A stretch of DNA of 64,000 nt from an uncultured virus (IMG/VR IMGVR_UViG_3300025073_000045) (taxonomy: Duplodnaviria; Heunggongvirae; Uroviricota; Caudoviricetes): the IMG/VR virus record IMGVR_UViG_3300025073_000045, positions 1 through 64,000 of that record, one strand, 5' to 3'. A model generated the notes under the pieces. That model was given only the letters and a program-made list of their open reading frames with translations, did not search any database and had not been told where the DNA came from. The number at the start of each line of letters is the position of its first letter. Position 1 is the stretch's first letter. The translations under genes were made by a program, and so were the position numbers. Positions 8,641 through 17,635 of the stretch are shown one piece after another.

Positions 8641-9121
8641 AATATTTCTTGTTTGTTCTGTTTTAACAGCACAGAGTATTACTCCAGTAGGCTTAGACTT
8701 AATCAAGCATTATGAATCTTTTAAGTCTGAAGCCTATTTATGTCCAGCAAAAGTATTGACAATAGGATATGGCTCAACAGGCACACATGTAAAAGCTGGG
8801 ATGAGGGTCACAGAACTACAAGCCACTTTATTATTAAAAAAAGATGTAAAAAGATTTGAATCTCATATTAAAAATAGAGTAAGTAGACTTTTAATATGGA
8901 ATGAATTTGACGCATTAACCAGTTTTACATTTAATGTAGGTTATCGTGTTACTAAAGGTTTACAAACCTTTGTAAACCAAGGTAATACTAATGGTGTAAT
9001 AATGAAATTAATGCAATATAATAAAGCTAAAGTTAATGGAGTCTATATTATATTAAAGGGTTTAACAAAAAGAAGAATAAGTGAATCAACTTTATATAGA
9101 GATGGAGTTTTAGCATGGTAA
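8621..9121 (+). CDS. GH24 phage lysozyme (endolysin) with an N-terminal export signal
   Basis: E32-x8-C41-x5-T47 triad (HYES..AYLCPAKVLTIGYG), FDALTSFTFNVG, GLTKRRISE. Confidence 0.9.
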   Translation: MLKHLIKIFLVCSVLTAQSITPVGLDLIKHYESFKSEAYLCPAKVLTIGYGSTGTHVKAGMRVTELQATLLLKKDVKRFESHIKNRVSRLLIWNEFDALTSFTFNVGYRVTKGLQTFVNQGNTNGVIMKLMQYNKAKVNGVYIILKGLTKRRISESTLYRDGVLAW

Positions 9122-9645
9122 GAAGAATTGCTCCTAGTCAGATAGCCAATGCAGTAAGTGGCCAACCAAATGGTATTAGAACTGCTTATGCATACGATGA
9201 ATCATTTGGTTGTAAGAAGAAAAAAGTAATTGCTAATGCTTGTAAACCTAAAAAAGGACATACTGGAGTACAATCATCCACTGGCTCAAAAGGGTTATCA
9301 GGTCATCAAGGCTCACCTGGAAAATCTGGATTATCAAGAGTATCAAGCTCTTATTATTATGATCCACTAAAAAATCCTAAAGAGGCTCATATTACTAATG
9401 CAAAAAAATCTCCTATGGCTCGTGTTGGTAAATCAAACGGCCGCTGGAAAGGTGGTGTTAGTAAAACTTATTATAGAAGGATTGCAGGAGCAAAACCAAA
9501 TGATGGTACAATTGTTCATCACAAAGACCATGACAAGAAAAATCCAAGTAGGAAAAATCTTGAAAAAATAAAACCTGGCAAGAAAATCTCTGCTAGAGGT
9601 AAACATAATCAAAGACATCCAAACAGGCGAAATGGTAAAGCATAA
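9115..9645 (+). CDS. Basic HNH-motif protein
   Basis: GKSNGRWKGG and IVHHKDHDKKN..RKNL...H...H. Confidence 0.65.
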   Translation: MVRRIAPSQIANAVSGQPNGIRTAYAYDESFGCKKKKVIANACKPKKGHTGVQSSTGSKGLSGHQGSPGKSGLSRVSSSYYYDPLKNPKEAHITNAKKSPMARVGKSNGRWKGGVSKTYYRRIAGAKPNDGTIVHHKDHDKKNPSRKNLEKIKPGKKISARGKHNQRHPNRRNGKA

Positions 9646-9785
9646 TGTTATCTCAGATGTGTAAAAAATGTAATATACCAAAACCTATCGAAGACTTTCC
9701 ATTTAGTCCTTCAAAAAAGAAGCATGGTATTAATCTAATTATATTCAATACTGAACAAGAAGTGTTTAGTATTATTGAGGATTAA
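9645..9785 (+). pseudogene. 46-aa ORF, probable internally deleted endonuclease remnant
   Basis: TAATG overlap; translates as MLSQMCKKCNIPKPIEDFPFSPSKKKHGINLIIFNTEQEVFSIIED; absent from the ORF track. Confidence 0.5.
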
Positions 9786-9787
9786 AA

Positions 9788-10045
9788 ATGACTCCTGAAG
9801 TAAAAAAACAAAGAACTGAAAAAATCATTGAGTTATTAAGGCCTATGATTGAAAGAGCTATATCAATTAATGAAGATACACCTTCGGGAATTGAGATTCA
9901 TAAACCAATAGCTTTTTTACTTGAGAAATTTAATACTGGTAAATATTATGGTACTATAGAGATGAAAATCACTGGTACTAGTATTCATAATCCAACTGAA
10001 AATAATGTAACACACAGACTTGATATGAGTTATCAAATTGAGTGA
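9788..10045 (+). CDS. Hypothetical protein
   Basis: GAGG RBS, 85 aa. Confidence 0.65.
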   Translation: MTPEVKKQRTEKIIELLRPMIERAISINEDTPSGIEIHKPIAFLLEKFNTGKYYGTIEMKITGTSIHNPTENNVTHRLDMSYQIE

Positions 10046-10898
10046 TAATTTAGGTAATAGGTTAGAAAGAGTACAAAAGGGGAAAAGTCAATCTGACGCT
10101 GTAACTATGCAGCAATTTATAGATCATGTACAGAATATTCATAATCCTCACAAAGTAAAACAAGATCAAATTGGATTAAACATTCCAGATATAGATTATG
10201 ATCTTTTATCAGAATTTGAAACGCTTAAGTTAAATTTAATGGGTATAGAATGGGCTCAGTTTGCATTTTATGACACATTTATTGATGAATCTTTGAGAGA
10301 GACTCCAGACCCATCTTCTTACCGTGCATTAGTTGAAAATGGCAAACTGAAAACAAGAGATATCACTCCTTCTAAAGTTTTTGTATTCTTATCAAAAACA
10401 TATACAGAAGTAAATGTCTTAGATTCTGGAATTTCAACAAATGTAATATCAAATACTTTGACTGACAGTTCAAAAACTTGGTGGATAAATCAATTTAAGA
10501 ATCTAGTCTTAGAAGATAGTGGATTAGTAACATATAATATACTTTCAAATACATCTAATGTTCTTACTCTTAATGGAAGTCCATCTTTTGGTGCTTATAA
10601 AATAAAAGCTGATTATCCTCAGAGAATGGTAGGTTTTGCTAATTATATTGACAGTACAAATGATGAGGATGGTAAAGGTTATTGTAAATTAGAAATAACA
10701 TTTAACAATGGTTCTACTTGGTTTACATTACTTGATACTCAAAGTGCTGTAAACAATCTAAATAAAGTAATTGATATTTCAGCTTATTCAACAGGAACAG
10801 TTAAAGTAAGAATTACAGTATCAAATGATGTAAATGGATTTGGTCCTCAATTTAGTAATTTTCTTATTGCAGCTGATCCTACTATTTGGAAGTTTTAA
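10038..10898 (+). CDS. Virion structural / fibre-base protein
   Basis: HxxNxxNPHxVxxxQIGL motif typical of phage fibre proteins; beta-rich C-terminus. Confidence 0.6.
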   Translation: MSDNLGNRLERVQKGKSQSDAVTMQQFIDHVQNIHNPHKVKQDQIGLNIPDIDYDLLSEFETLKLNLMGIEWAQFAFYDTFIDESLRETPDPSSYRALVENGKLKTRDITPSKVFVFLSKTYTEVNVLDSGISTNVISNTLTDSSKTWWINQFKNLVLEDSGLVTYNILSNTSNVLTLNGSPSFGAYKIKADYPQRMVGFANYIDSTNDEDGKGYCKLEITFNNGSTWFTLLDTQSAVNNLNKVIDISAYSTGTVKVRITVSNDVNGFGPQFSNFLIAADPTIWKF

Positions 10899-13800
10899 AT
10901 GCCAATTATAATTGAACATAGTCAAGGATATTTAGTAAAACAGAGATTAATAGATGAGAGTAACTCTGCAGTATCAAGTGGTGATTGGGCTACAGTTTCT
11001 ATTGGTGGTAATTCAATTGATGTTACTAAAAGAACTAATATAGTTGTTTATCCAACTGCAGATACTGATATTAATTCTTTTGGTGGAGGGATAGATGCTC
11101 AAAGAATTGTATTAGTAAATGGCTCAAGTTCATATGATTTGAATATGAAGCTTTCTGTTATTGGGCATGATTCTACTTTTGTCTTATTACCTGGTCATTC
11201 TGCTACTTATATTTATAATGCTGCAACTTATGTATGGGCATTTGAAGGTACTTCAGAATTTATTGGGGAAATGAAATATATTTATATGCGAGCAGCTACT
11301 CAACCAATAACTCCTGATTTTGAAGATTATGTTCCAGTTGATTGGTTTGCTGTTCCTCCAGAGCCTAATATTGATGAAGATCCTTTATGGATGTCATTTG
11401 CAGTTGTCGTTGGAGTAAAACCAAAAGGTAATTGGGCAACACCTTTACAACTTGATGGTGTTGTTGGACTTTGTGGTCCTGCTGGCTTATGTGGATTAGT
11501 TGGTTTTTGCGGTATTCAAGGCTTATGTGGCCCTCAAGGTGTTCAGGGAGCTCAAGGAGAAGTTGGAGCTTGTGGTGTACCTGGCCTTTGTGGCCCTCAA
11601 GGTGTTCAGGGAGCTCAAGGTGTTGTAGGTTTTTGTGGTGTTCAAGGCTTATGTGGCCCACAAGGTGTTCAAGGAGCTCAAGGTGTTGTAGGATTCTGCG
11701 GTATTCAAGGCTTATGTGGCCCTCAAGGTGTTCAGGGAGCTCAAGGTGTTGTAGGTTTTTGTGGTGTTCAAGGCTTATGTGGCCCTCAAGGCGTTCAAGG
11801 CTCTCAAGGCATTCAAGGATTATGTGGTCAAACAGGTTTATGTGGCCCTCAAGGCGTTCAAGGCTCTCAAGGTGTTCAAGGATTATGTGGTCAAACAGGT
11901 TTATGTGGCCCTCAAGGCGTTCAAGGCTCTCAAGGTGTTCAAGGATTATGTGGTCAAACAGGTTTATGTGGCCCACAAGGTGTTCAAGGAGCTCAAGGTG
12001 TTCAAGGATTATGTGGTCAAACAGGTTTATGTGGCCCTCAAGGCGTTCAAGGCTCTCAAGGTGTTCAAGGATTATGTGGTCAAACAGGTTTATGTGGCCC
12101 TCAAGGTGTTCAAGGCTCTCAAGGCGTTCAAGGACTATGTGGCCTTATTGGCTTATGTGGTCCTCAAGGCGTTCAAGGCGCTCAAGGTATTTGTGGTCCA
12201 CAAGGTTCACAAGGTATTTGTGGCCCTCAAGGTAATGCAGGTATACAAGGAATTGATGGAGAGCAAGGCCCACAAGGATATTGTGGAGCTCAAGGTCCAA
12301 GAAGTTGGTCTTACTCTATTGCTCAAAATACAAATTTATGGGTTATGTTTGGGGTAAATCATGATAATACTGGGGCAGATTATATAACTACTCATACGCC
12401 AATTATATCAACATTATCTATAAATAGTGCAATCTTTATGTTATTTAATCCTATTTCAAATAAACATTATTTGATGTGGTCATTAAATGCATGCACAATT
12501 ACAGTTACATTAGATGGAGTTTCTCAAACTATATCTCCAAACACAAATGGAGAAGGTTCACTAGAATTAACTAGTGGTTGGGCTTTACTTACTGTGTCTC
12601 AATCTGGCGAAGCAAATGAATTCCGCTTTTATGATTGGACTCTTAATACATATGCTGTACTTGATAATGGTATTTCAGTCAATATACGCCCTGGTGGTCC
12701 AAAAGGGGCTGTTGGAGATTGTGGCCCTCAAGGAGCCTGTGGTTTAGTTGGTAATTGTGGTGCACAGGGAATTCAAGGTTTATGTGGCATACAAGGCACA
12801 CAAGGAATTCAAGGCCTATGTGGCCCTCAAGGAGCTCAAGGAATTCAAGGCTTATGTGGCCCTCAAGGCTCACAAGGAATTCAAGGCAGTTGTGGTTTAC
12901 AAGGCTTATGTGGTATACAAGGAGCTCAAGGAATTCAAGGCTTATGTGGCTCTCAAGGCTCACAAGGAATTCAAGGCTTATGTGGCCCTCAAGGCTCACA
13001 AGGAATTCAAGGTAATTGTGGCCCTATTGGCTTATGCGGAGTTCAGGGTACACAAGGAATTCAAGGCTTATGTGGCCCACAAGGTGCTCAAGGAATTCAA
13101 GGAGTTTGTGGCCCACAAGGTGCTCAAGGAATTCAAGGTAATTGTGGCCTTCAAGGTTTATGTGGAGCTCAAGGCACACAAGGAATTCAAGGCTTATGTG
13201 GTCCACAAGGTGCTCAAGGTTTATGTGGCATACAAGGCACACAAGGAATTCAAGGCTTATGTGGCCCACAAGGTGCTCAAGGAATTCAAGGTTTATGTGG
13301 CCCACAAGGTGCTCAAGGAATTCAAGGAGTTTGTGGCCCACAAGGTATTTGTGGTATACAAGGCCAACAAGGACCTCAAGGTTTATGTGGACAACAAGGC
13401 GCTCAAGGTATTTGTGGTATACAAGGCCAACAAGGACCTCAAGGTTTATGTGGACAACAAGGCGCTCAAGGTATTTGTGGTATACAAGGCCAACAAGGAC
13501 CTCAAGGTTTATGTGGACAACAAGGCGCTCAAGGTATTTGTGGTATACAAGGCCAACAAGGACCTCAGGGTCCATGTGGTCCTTGTGGAGCTCAAGGAAT
13601 TCAAGGAGCTCAAGGACCTACAGGATTCTGTGGTGGTCAGGGTGTTTTAGGTACAGTATTAGCTTCTGGTGTAACAATAAATGCAGGTGGATATTTTAGG
13701 ATAGGATCTGGAGATAAAGATGATACTTTGACTGGTATTTGGATAGATGATACTGAAATAGTAGCTCAAGATGGAAATGGTACAGATACTGTACGTATAG

Positions 13801-14702
13801 GAGTTGATGGTTCATTTTATGCTATTAAAGGCACAATAGCAGGATTCACCATAGAAGAAACATGGTTATATACTGGAACTATATCAACTACTAAAATTGT
13901 AATTAATGCTGCTTCTGACTCAATCTATGCAAGACCTTTGGGTGCTGGAGCTAATACTAAGTATGTAATGCTAGGTCAAACCCATGATGGTACAAACTGG
14001 ACAGGTAACTATGGAATAAGTGCTGTCGATGGTAGTAATAGAATGCTTTTTAGAATTGATGATTCTGTTAAATCAATTGCTGGTTGGAATTTTGACTATC
14101 AAAGCTTTTCAAATATCACAACTGGTACTGGTATTGAATTAAGTGTTGGTACTACAAAAAATGTCACTACAGGATTTTCAGTTTTTAATCCTTCAAGTCC
14201 AAAATTGTTTATTGGAGACTCAACCTATTTTTTAGATTGGAATAATGGAAGTGGAAGTGGTACTACTGGTAAATTAACTATAAAAGGAGATATTATAGGG
14301 AGCAGGTTTTCCACCGAATCTACAAATGTTTTTGATGGTTCTAATGGTACTTATGCTTCACTACATCATGTGAGTGGAACTCCTATTTTATTTATGGAGA
14401 AATTTACTGATACTAGTAATTATACTATTGTGAACTTTACACCTGGTTCAATAGTAAATAGTGTAGCTGGATTTTTATATGCTACTTTAGTAAGTGCTGG
14501 AACTACAATTGGTTTAATAGAAATGGGTTGTGGGAATACAGCTGATTCTGCTTTTATAAAAATTGATAGTATGCATGTTGCTAGATGGAGGGGAAGATTT
14601 GCAACTGATCCTACTACTAATAATAGAGAAGGTGATATGGGATATCACACTGGTACTTCGGTAGTTAGATTATATACTAATGGTGCTTGGACAAATGTAT
14701 AA
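10899..14702 (+). CDS. Long fibre protein with two Cys-rich collagen blocks and a beta-rich C-terminal domain
   Basis: Gly-X-Y blocks at about 11457-12302 and 12696-13653 separated by a ~130-aa globular insert. The C-terminus has GTIAGFTI / SIAGWNF fibre motifs. Confidence 0.85.
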   Translation: MPIIIEHSQGYLVKQRLIDESNSAVSSGDWATVSIGGNSIDVTKRTNIVVYPTADTDINSFGGGIDAQRIVLVNGSSSYDLNMKLSVIGHDSTFVLLPGHSATYIYNAATYVWAFEGTSEFIGEMKYIYMRAATQPITPDFEDYVPVDWFAVPPEPNIDEDPLWMSFAVVVGVKPKGNWATPLQLDGVVGLCGPAGLCGLVGFCGIQGLCGPQGVQGAQGEVGACGVPGLCGPQGVQGAQGVVGFCGVQGLCGPQGVQGAQGVVGFCGIQGLCGPQGVQGAQGVVGFCGVQGLCGPQGVQGSQGIQGLCGQTGLCGPQGVQGSQGVQGLCGQTGLCGPQGVQGSQGVQGLCGQTGLCGPQGVQGAQGVQGLCGQTGLCGPQGVQGSQGVQGLCGQTGLCGPQGVQGSQGVQGLCGLIGLCGPQGVQGAQGICGPQGSQGICGPQGNAGIQGIDGEQGPQGYCGAQGPRSWSYSIAQNTNLWVMFGVNHDNTGADYITTHTPIISTLSINSAIFMLFNPISNKHYLMWSLNACTITVTLDGVSQTISPNTNGEGSLELTSGWALLTVSQSGEANEFRFYDWTLNTYAVLDNGISVNIRPGGPKGAVGDCGPQGACGLVGNCGAQGIQGLCGIQGTQGIQGLCGPQGAQGIQGLCGPQGSQGIQGSCGLQGLCGIQGAQGIQGLCGSQGSQGIQGLCGPQGSQGIQGNCGPIGLCGVQGTQGIQGLCGPQGAQGIQGVCGPQGAQGIQGNCGLQGLCGAQGTQGIQGLCGPQGAQGLCGIQGTQGIQGLCGPQGAQGIQGLCGPQGAQGIQGVCGPQGICGIQGQQGPQGLCGQQGAQGICGIQGQQGPQGLCGQQGAQGICGIQGQQGPQGLCGQQGAQGICGIQGQQGPQGPCGPCGAQGIQGAQGPTGFCGGQGVLGTVLASGVTINAGGYFRIGSGDKDDTLTGIWIDDTEIVAQDGNGTDTVRIGVDGSFYAIKGTIAGFTIEETWLYTGTISTTKIVINAASDSIYARPLGAGANTKYVMLGQTHDGTNWTGNYGISAVDGSNRMLFRIDDSVKSIAGWNFDYQSFSNITTGTGIELSVGTTKNVTTGFSVFNPSSPKLFIGDSTYFLDWNNGSGSGTTGKLTIKGDIIGSRFSTESTNVFDGSNGTYASLHHVSGTPILFMEKFTDTSNYTIVNFTPGSIVNSVAGFLYATLVSAGTTIGLIEMGCGNTADSAFIKIDSMHVARWRGRFATDPTTNNREGDMGYHTGTSVVRLYTNGAWTNV
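11457..13653 (+). repeat. Two collagen-coding repeat arrays containing 63-nt higher-order units
   Basis: GLCGQTGLCGPQGVQG(S/A)QGVQ occurs about 5 times; GICGIQGQQGPQGLCGQQGAQ occurs about 3-4 times. Confidence 0.95.
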
Positions 14703-14714
14703 AAAGGAGTTATA

Positions 14715-15140
14715 ATGTATATATATGCTAATTTAGATAACCAAAAAATTGTCAGGGGTATAAATACTTCTGACATAGAATTAGAATCAAGTCTTACTCA
14801 GGTTCTTATTGGGACTGTAAACCTCTCTCAATCTGATGGTAGTACAGAAATGCTTAATGCTTATAAGATGATAAACAATTTTAAATATGAAGCTGGTTTA
14901 TTTAATTTAATTAATACTAAATTAATAGATAAAGCTTCTTTCATCTTAAGATTTACTCCAATTGAACTTATGAACTTATCAATTTTATCTTCACAGAATG
15001 TAGAAGCACAAAGCATTCTATTAAATTTAAGTTCAACTGGAAATATCGATGTATTTTCTATTAATACTAAAGACATGTTATTAAAGCTTGTTGAATTAAC
15101 AATTCTTTCTATAGAAAGAGTAAATATCATTCTTACTTAA
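14715..15140 (+). CDS. Tail-fibre-associated protein
   Basis: F-x-x-RFT-x-x-E and a terminal ILSxERxxxIL pattern seen in fibre-adjacent phage proteins. Confidence 0.5.
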   Translation: MYIYANLDNQKIVRGINTSDIELESSLTQVLIGTVNLSQSDGSTEMLNAYKMINNFKYEAGLFNLINTKLIDKASFILRFTPIELMNLSILSSQNVEAQSILLNLSSTGNIDVFSINTKDMLLKLVELTILSIERVNIILT

Positions 15141-15152
15141 AAAGAGGAACAT

Positions 15153-15542
15153 ATGAAAGTCCAAACAGAAATAATCATAGCTTCAGAGAAAGCTATGAAA
15201 GAGCTTGTAAACAGTGAAATACCGATTGACATATCTTTTAATATTGCTAATATTATGGATGATGTTTTAAAGGTAATTAATGTTTATAGAGCTCAAGAGC
15301 TGAAATTATATAAGAAGTATGGAGAAATGAAAAAGGATACACCAACCTCAGAAGAAGGATGGTTTGTACCTTTTAATCATCCAAAAATTGATGAATTTAA
15401 TGAAGAAATAAAGAAATTATCAAAAGTAGAAGTTGATCTTAAAATTGAAAAGATACCTTTAAAAGAATTAGGCTTAATTAAAATTAAACCCCTTTCATTA
15501 AAATTATTATTAAGCTGGCTAATAGAAGGACAACCTTCATGA
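15153..15542 (+). CDS. DUF1617-like phage protein
   Basis: LYKKYGE...F.EE...L...EV.L pattern; GAGG RBS. Confidence 0.5.
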   Translation: MKVQTEIIIASEKAMKELVNSEIPIDISFNIANIMDDVLKVINVYRAQELKLYKKYGEMKKDTPTSEEGWFVPFNHPKIDEFNEEIKKLSKVEVDLKIEKIPLKELGLIKIKPLSLKLLLSWLIEGQPS

Positions 15543-16354
15543 AACAGTTATTAGAAGCTATTAAAGCTCAGTTAGTATCAATATTGGTAATTATACTATT
15601 AGGATTTGCAATTTATTTTGGTTGGAATCAAATTCAAGAGTTAAAGAAAGAAAATGAAAGACTTGTAACCATTCAAACTAATAATATGAAAGCCTTAGGA
15701 GATTCACTTCGAATGTTGATAGATGCTCAAGGCCATAGACTTTATCAGCAGATGGGTTTTTATCAAGACATACAAAGAAGACAAAATGAGACTTTAGAAG
15801 ATCAAGGTTTTGAATTACGTTCAATACAGGATTTGACGCTTAGCTTGATTAAAATAGTTGTTAGAATTGATTCTGGAAAAACTCAATATACTGATAGCAC
15901 TATTGTAAGAACATTCAAAAAAGACACTTTATGGGTATCAATAGATGGTAAAACTGTTATTAATACCAAAAATGATACTAGATCTTTTACAGAATTAAGT
16001 ATTTTGTCAAAACCCATTCCTATTGAAGTAGCAGTAAGTCAAAATGAGAAAGGTGAAATTGTTGGATCAGTAAAGTGTTTAATTCCAGGTGTAGAATTAA
16101 GATCTTTAAAAACATCTGTTGATCCAGGTTTATATGCAGGACAAAAAGCTAATCCGACTTTCTTTGAGTTACTTAAAATTGGTGGCCTAGTTGGTATAAG
16201 TGACCAATACGGAATTAATATAAATAAACTCCAAGCAGTGTATGGTTTAGAAATAATGTATGATAGTTATGGAGTTTGGTATGTTAAAACTGGTCAGAAT
16301 AACACCTATGGAATAAAAGTTTCTAAATCAATTAAAGATATATTTAAATTCTAA
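15539..16354 (+). CDS. Putative spanin-like protein
   Basis: N-terminal TM, coiled coil, and C-terminal amphipathic beta-strands ending in Phe. Confidence 0.45.
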   Translation: MKQLLEAIKAQLVSILVIILLGFAIYFGWNQIQELKKENERLVTIQTNNMKALGDSLRMLIDAQGHRLYQQMGFYQDIQRRQNETLEDQGFELRSIQDLTLSLIKIVVRIDSGKTQYTDSTIVRTFKKDTLWVSIDGKTVINTKNDTRSFTELSILSKPIPIEVAVSQNEKGEIVGSVKCLIPGVELRSLKTSVDPGLYAGQKANPTFFELLKIGGLVGISDQYGININKLQAVYGLEIMYDSYGVWYVKTGQNNTYGIKVSKSIKDIFKF

Positions 16355-16382
16355 TGCTCCTGCTAGTTGCATTAGACTTTTA
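16351..16382 (+). terminator. Weak hairpin/terminator before the head module
   Basis: ctaatgc-N11-gcattag followed by acttttattt. Confidence 0.35.
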
Positions 16383-16395
16383 TTTATATTATACT
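16367..16395 (+). promoter_or_regulatory. Sigma70-type promoter for the head operon
   Basis: TTGCAT (16367-72), 17-nt spacer, TATACT (16390-95). Confidence 0.6.
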
Positions 16396-16428
16396 AAATC
16401 AAAGAGTTAATAAGAACCGAGGTAATTT

Positions 16429-17586
16429 ATGATTATAAGCACACATCCAAAAGACATTGGTCTGGCAGATGCAATTGATGAGAAAGAAAGACTTGATATA
16501 TGCTTATCAGTTACAATGTCAGAAGATGATGGTGACGAAGATAGTCCCAAACGTGCTAAGATAGAAGCTATTACTGCTGGTTGGAATTTAAATGATATTT
16601 ATATTCCAACAGAGGTTTTGCCTATTATATTAGAATTTATAATGGCTAAACCAAAGATTTATGTCAATCATGATTTATATGCTTATATGGGCAGAGATGT
16701 TTTTGAATGGGCTGCTACTTATGAGAATGTAAAGCTCAATGAAGATAAAACTAAAATCGTTGGTGACATTGTCTTTACAGCAAATCCAAAGACATTCTGG
16801 TTGTATAAAGAATGTAAGCGCAATGCAAAAGATGTTCAATTCTCAATGCATTTCTCTGCAATCAGTCAAGAATATAAAGATGAAGCCCAGAATAGAACTG
16901 GAATGAAAGTTGTAGGTATTAATGCTTACAAGTCAACAGATATTGTGTCTTATGGAGCAGCAGGTGGTCAAGCTCTACAAGTCTATAATTCTATTGTACA
17001 GGAAAAATTAAATAAGTTTCAAACTAATCAATCAAACCAAGAGGAGAAGTTAAAGATGGAAATTAAATCTACGCAAGATTTACTTGCCAACTATCCTACT
17101 TTAGTAGCAGAAATTGTAAATGCTGAACTTGCTAAAAAAGAAAAGGAGACTGCTATTTCTCAATCATCTCAGAAAGTAACAGAATTAACAAATTCGGTTA
17201 CTGCATTAACATCTGAAAAGACTGATTTAGCGGCAAAAGTAACAGAATTAACAAATTCGGTTACTGCATTAACAACTAAAAACACTGAATTGACTGCAGA
17301 AGTTGATAAGTATAAAGCTGTTGAACAGTTGAATGCTTGGAAAACCGAAGTTGAAACAGAAATCACAAACTCACAAATTGACTCGCGTCTTGTAACACCT
17401 TTGTTTAAGGATACTTTATTTGCTCAAAAAGAAATTGGTATCGTTAAAAACATGTTGGAAGACAGAAAATCATTAACTACCGGTTCTGTTATTCAAAATG
17501 GCTCAGCAGCAGGCTCAGCAACAGATTCAGAAACTAAACCTAAATTATCAGATGATGACATTGCTAATGGCATCAAAAAGAAGTAA
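16429..17586 (+). CDS. Prohead protease fused to a scaffold domain
   Basis: GWNLN..Y, KIYVNH, FS, STDIVSYGAAGG (HK97/herpes-type protease pattern); coiled-coil C-terminus; upstream of cement and capsid genes. Confidence 0.75.
   Translation: MIISTHPKDIGLADAIDEKERLDICLSVTMSEDDGDEDSPKRAKIEAITAGWNLNDIYIPTEVLPIILEFIMAKPKIYVNHDLYAYMGRDVFEWAATYENVKLNEDKTKIVGDIVFTANPKTFWLYKECKRNAKDVQFSMHFSAISQEYKDEAQNRTGMKVVGINAYKSTDIVSYGAAGGQALQVYNSIVQEKLNKFQTNQSNQEEKLKMEIKSTQDLLANYPTLVAEIVNAELAKKEKETAISQSSQKVTELTNSVTALTSEKTDLAAKVTELTNSVTALTTKNTELTAEVDKYKAVEQLNAWKTEVETEITNSQIDSRLVTPLFKDTLFAQKEIGIVKNMLEDRKSLTTGSVIQNGSAAGSATDSETKPKLSDDDIANGIKKK
17056..17586 (+). CDS. Nested in-frame scaffold protein
   Basis: GAGGAG at 17041 precedes an in-frame ATG at 17056 (MEIKSTQDL...). 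Confidence 0.55.
   Translation: MEIKSTQDLLANYPTLVAEIVNAELAKKEKETAISQSSQKVTELTNSVTALTSEKTDLAAKVTELTNSVTALTTKNTELTAEVDKYKAVEQLNAWKTEVETEITNSQIDSRLVTPLFKDTLFAQKEIGIVKNMLEDRKSLTTGSVIQNGSAAGSATDSETKPKLSDDDIANGIKKK
17173..17274 (+). repeat. 39-bp perfect direct repeat with a 63-nt period in the scaffold coiled coil
   Basis: aaagtaacagaattaacaaattcggttactgcattaaca at 17173-17211 and 17236-17274. Confidence 0.9.
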
Positions 17587-17635
17587 AATTTTTCAAATGC
17601 TGTAAAAATAATAATAAATTAATTGGAGAAGTAAC

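Noticed and set aside
1..13653. Repeat arrays as CRISPR
   Set aside because: No unique spacers; the periods are multiples of 9 nt and the repeats code for protein.
11365..13699. Multiple alternative-frame and antisense repetitive ORFs inside the fibre gene
   Set aside because: Stop-free shadows of the 9-nt repeat, with no RBS and no independent features.
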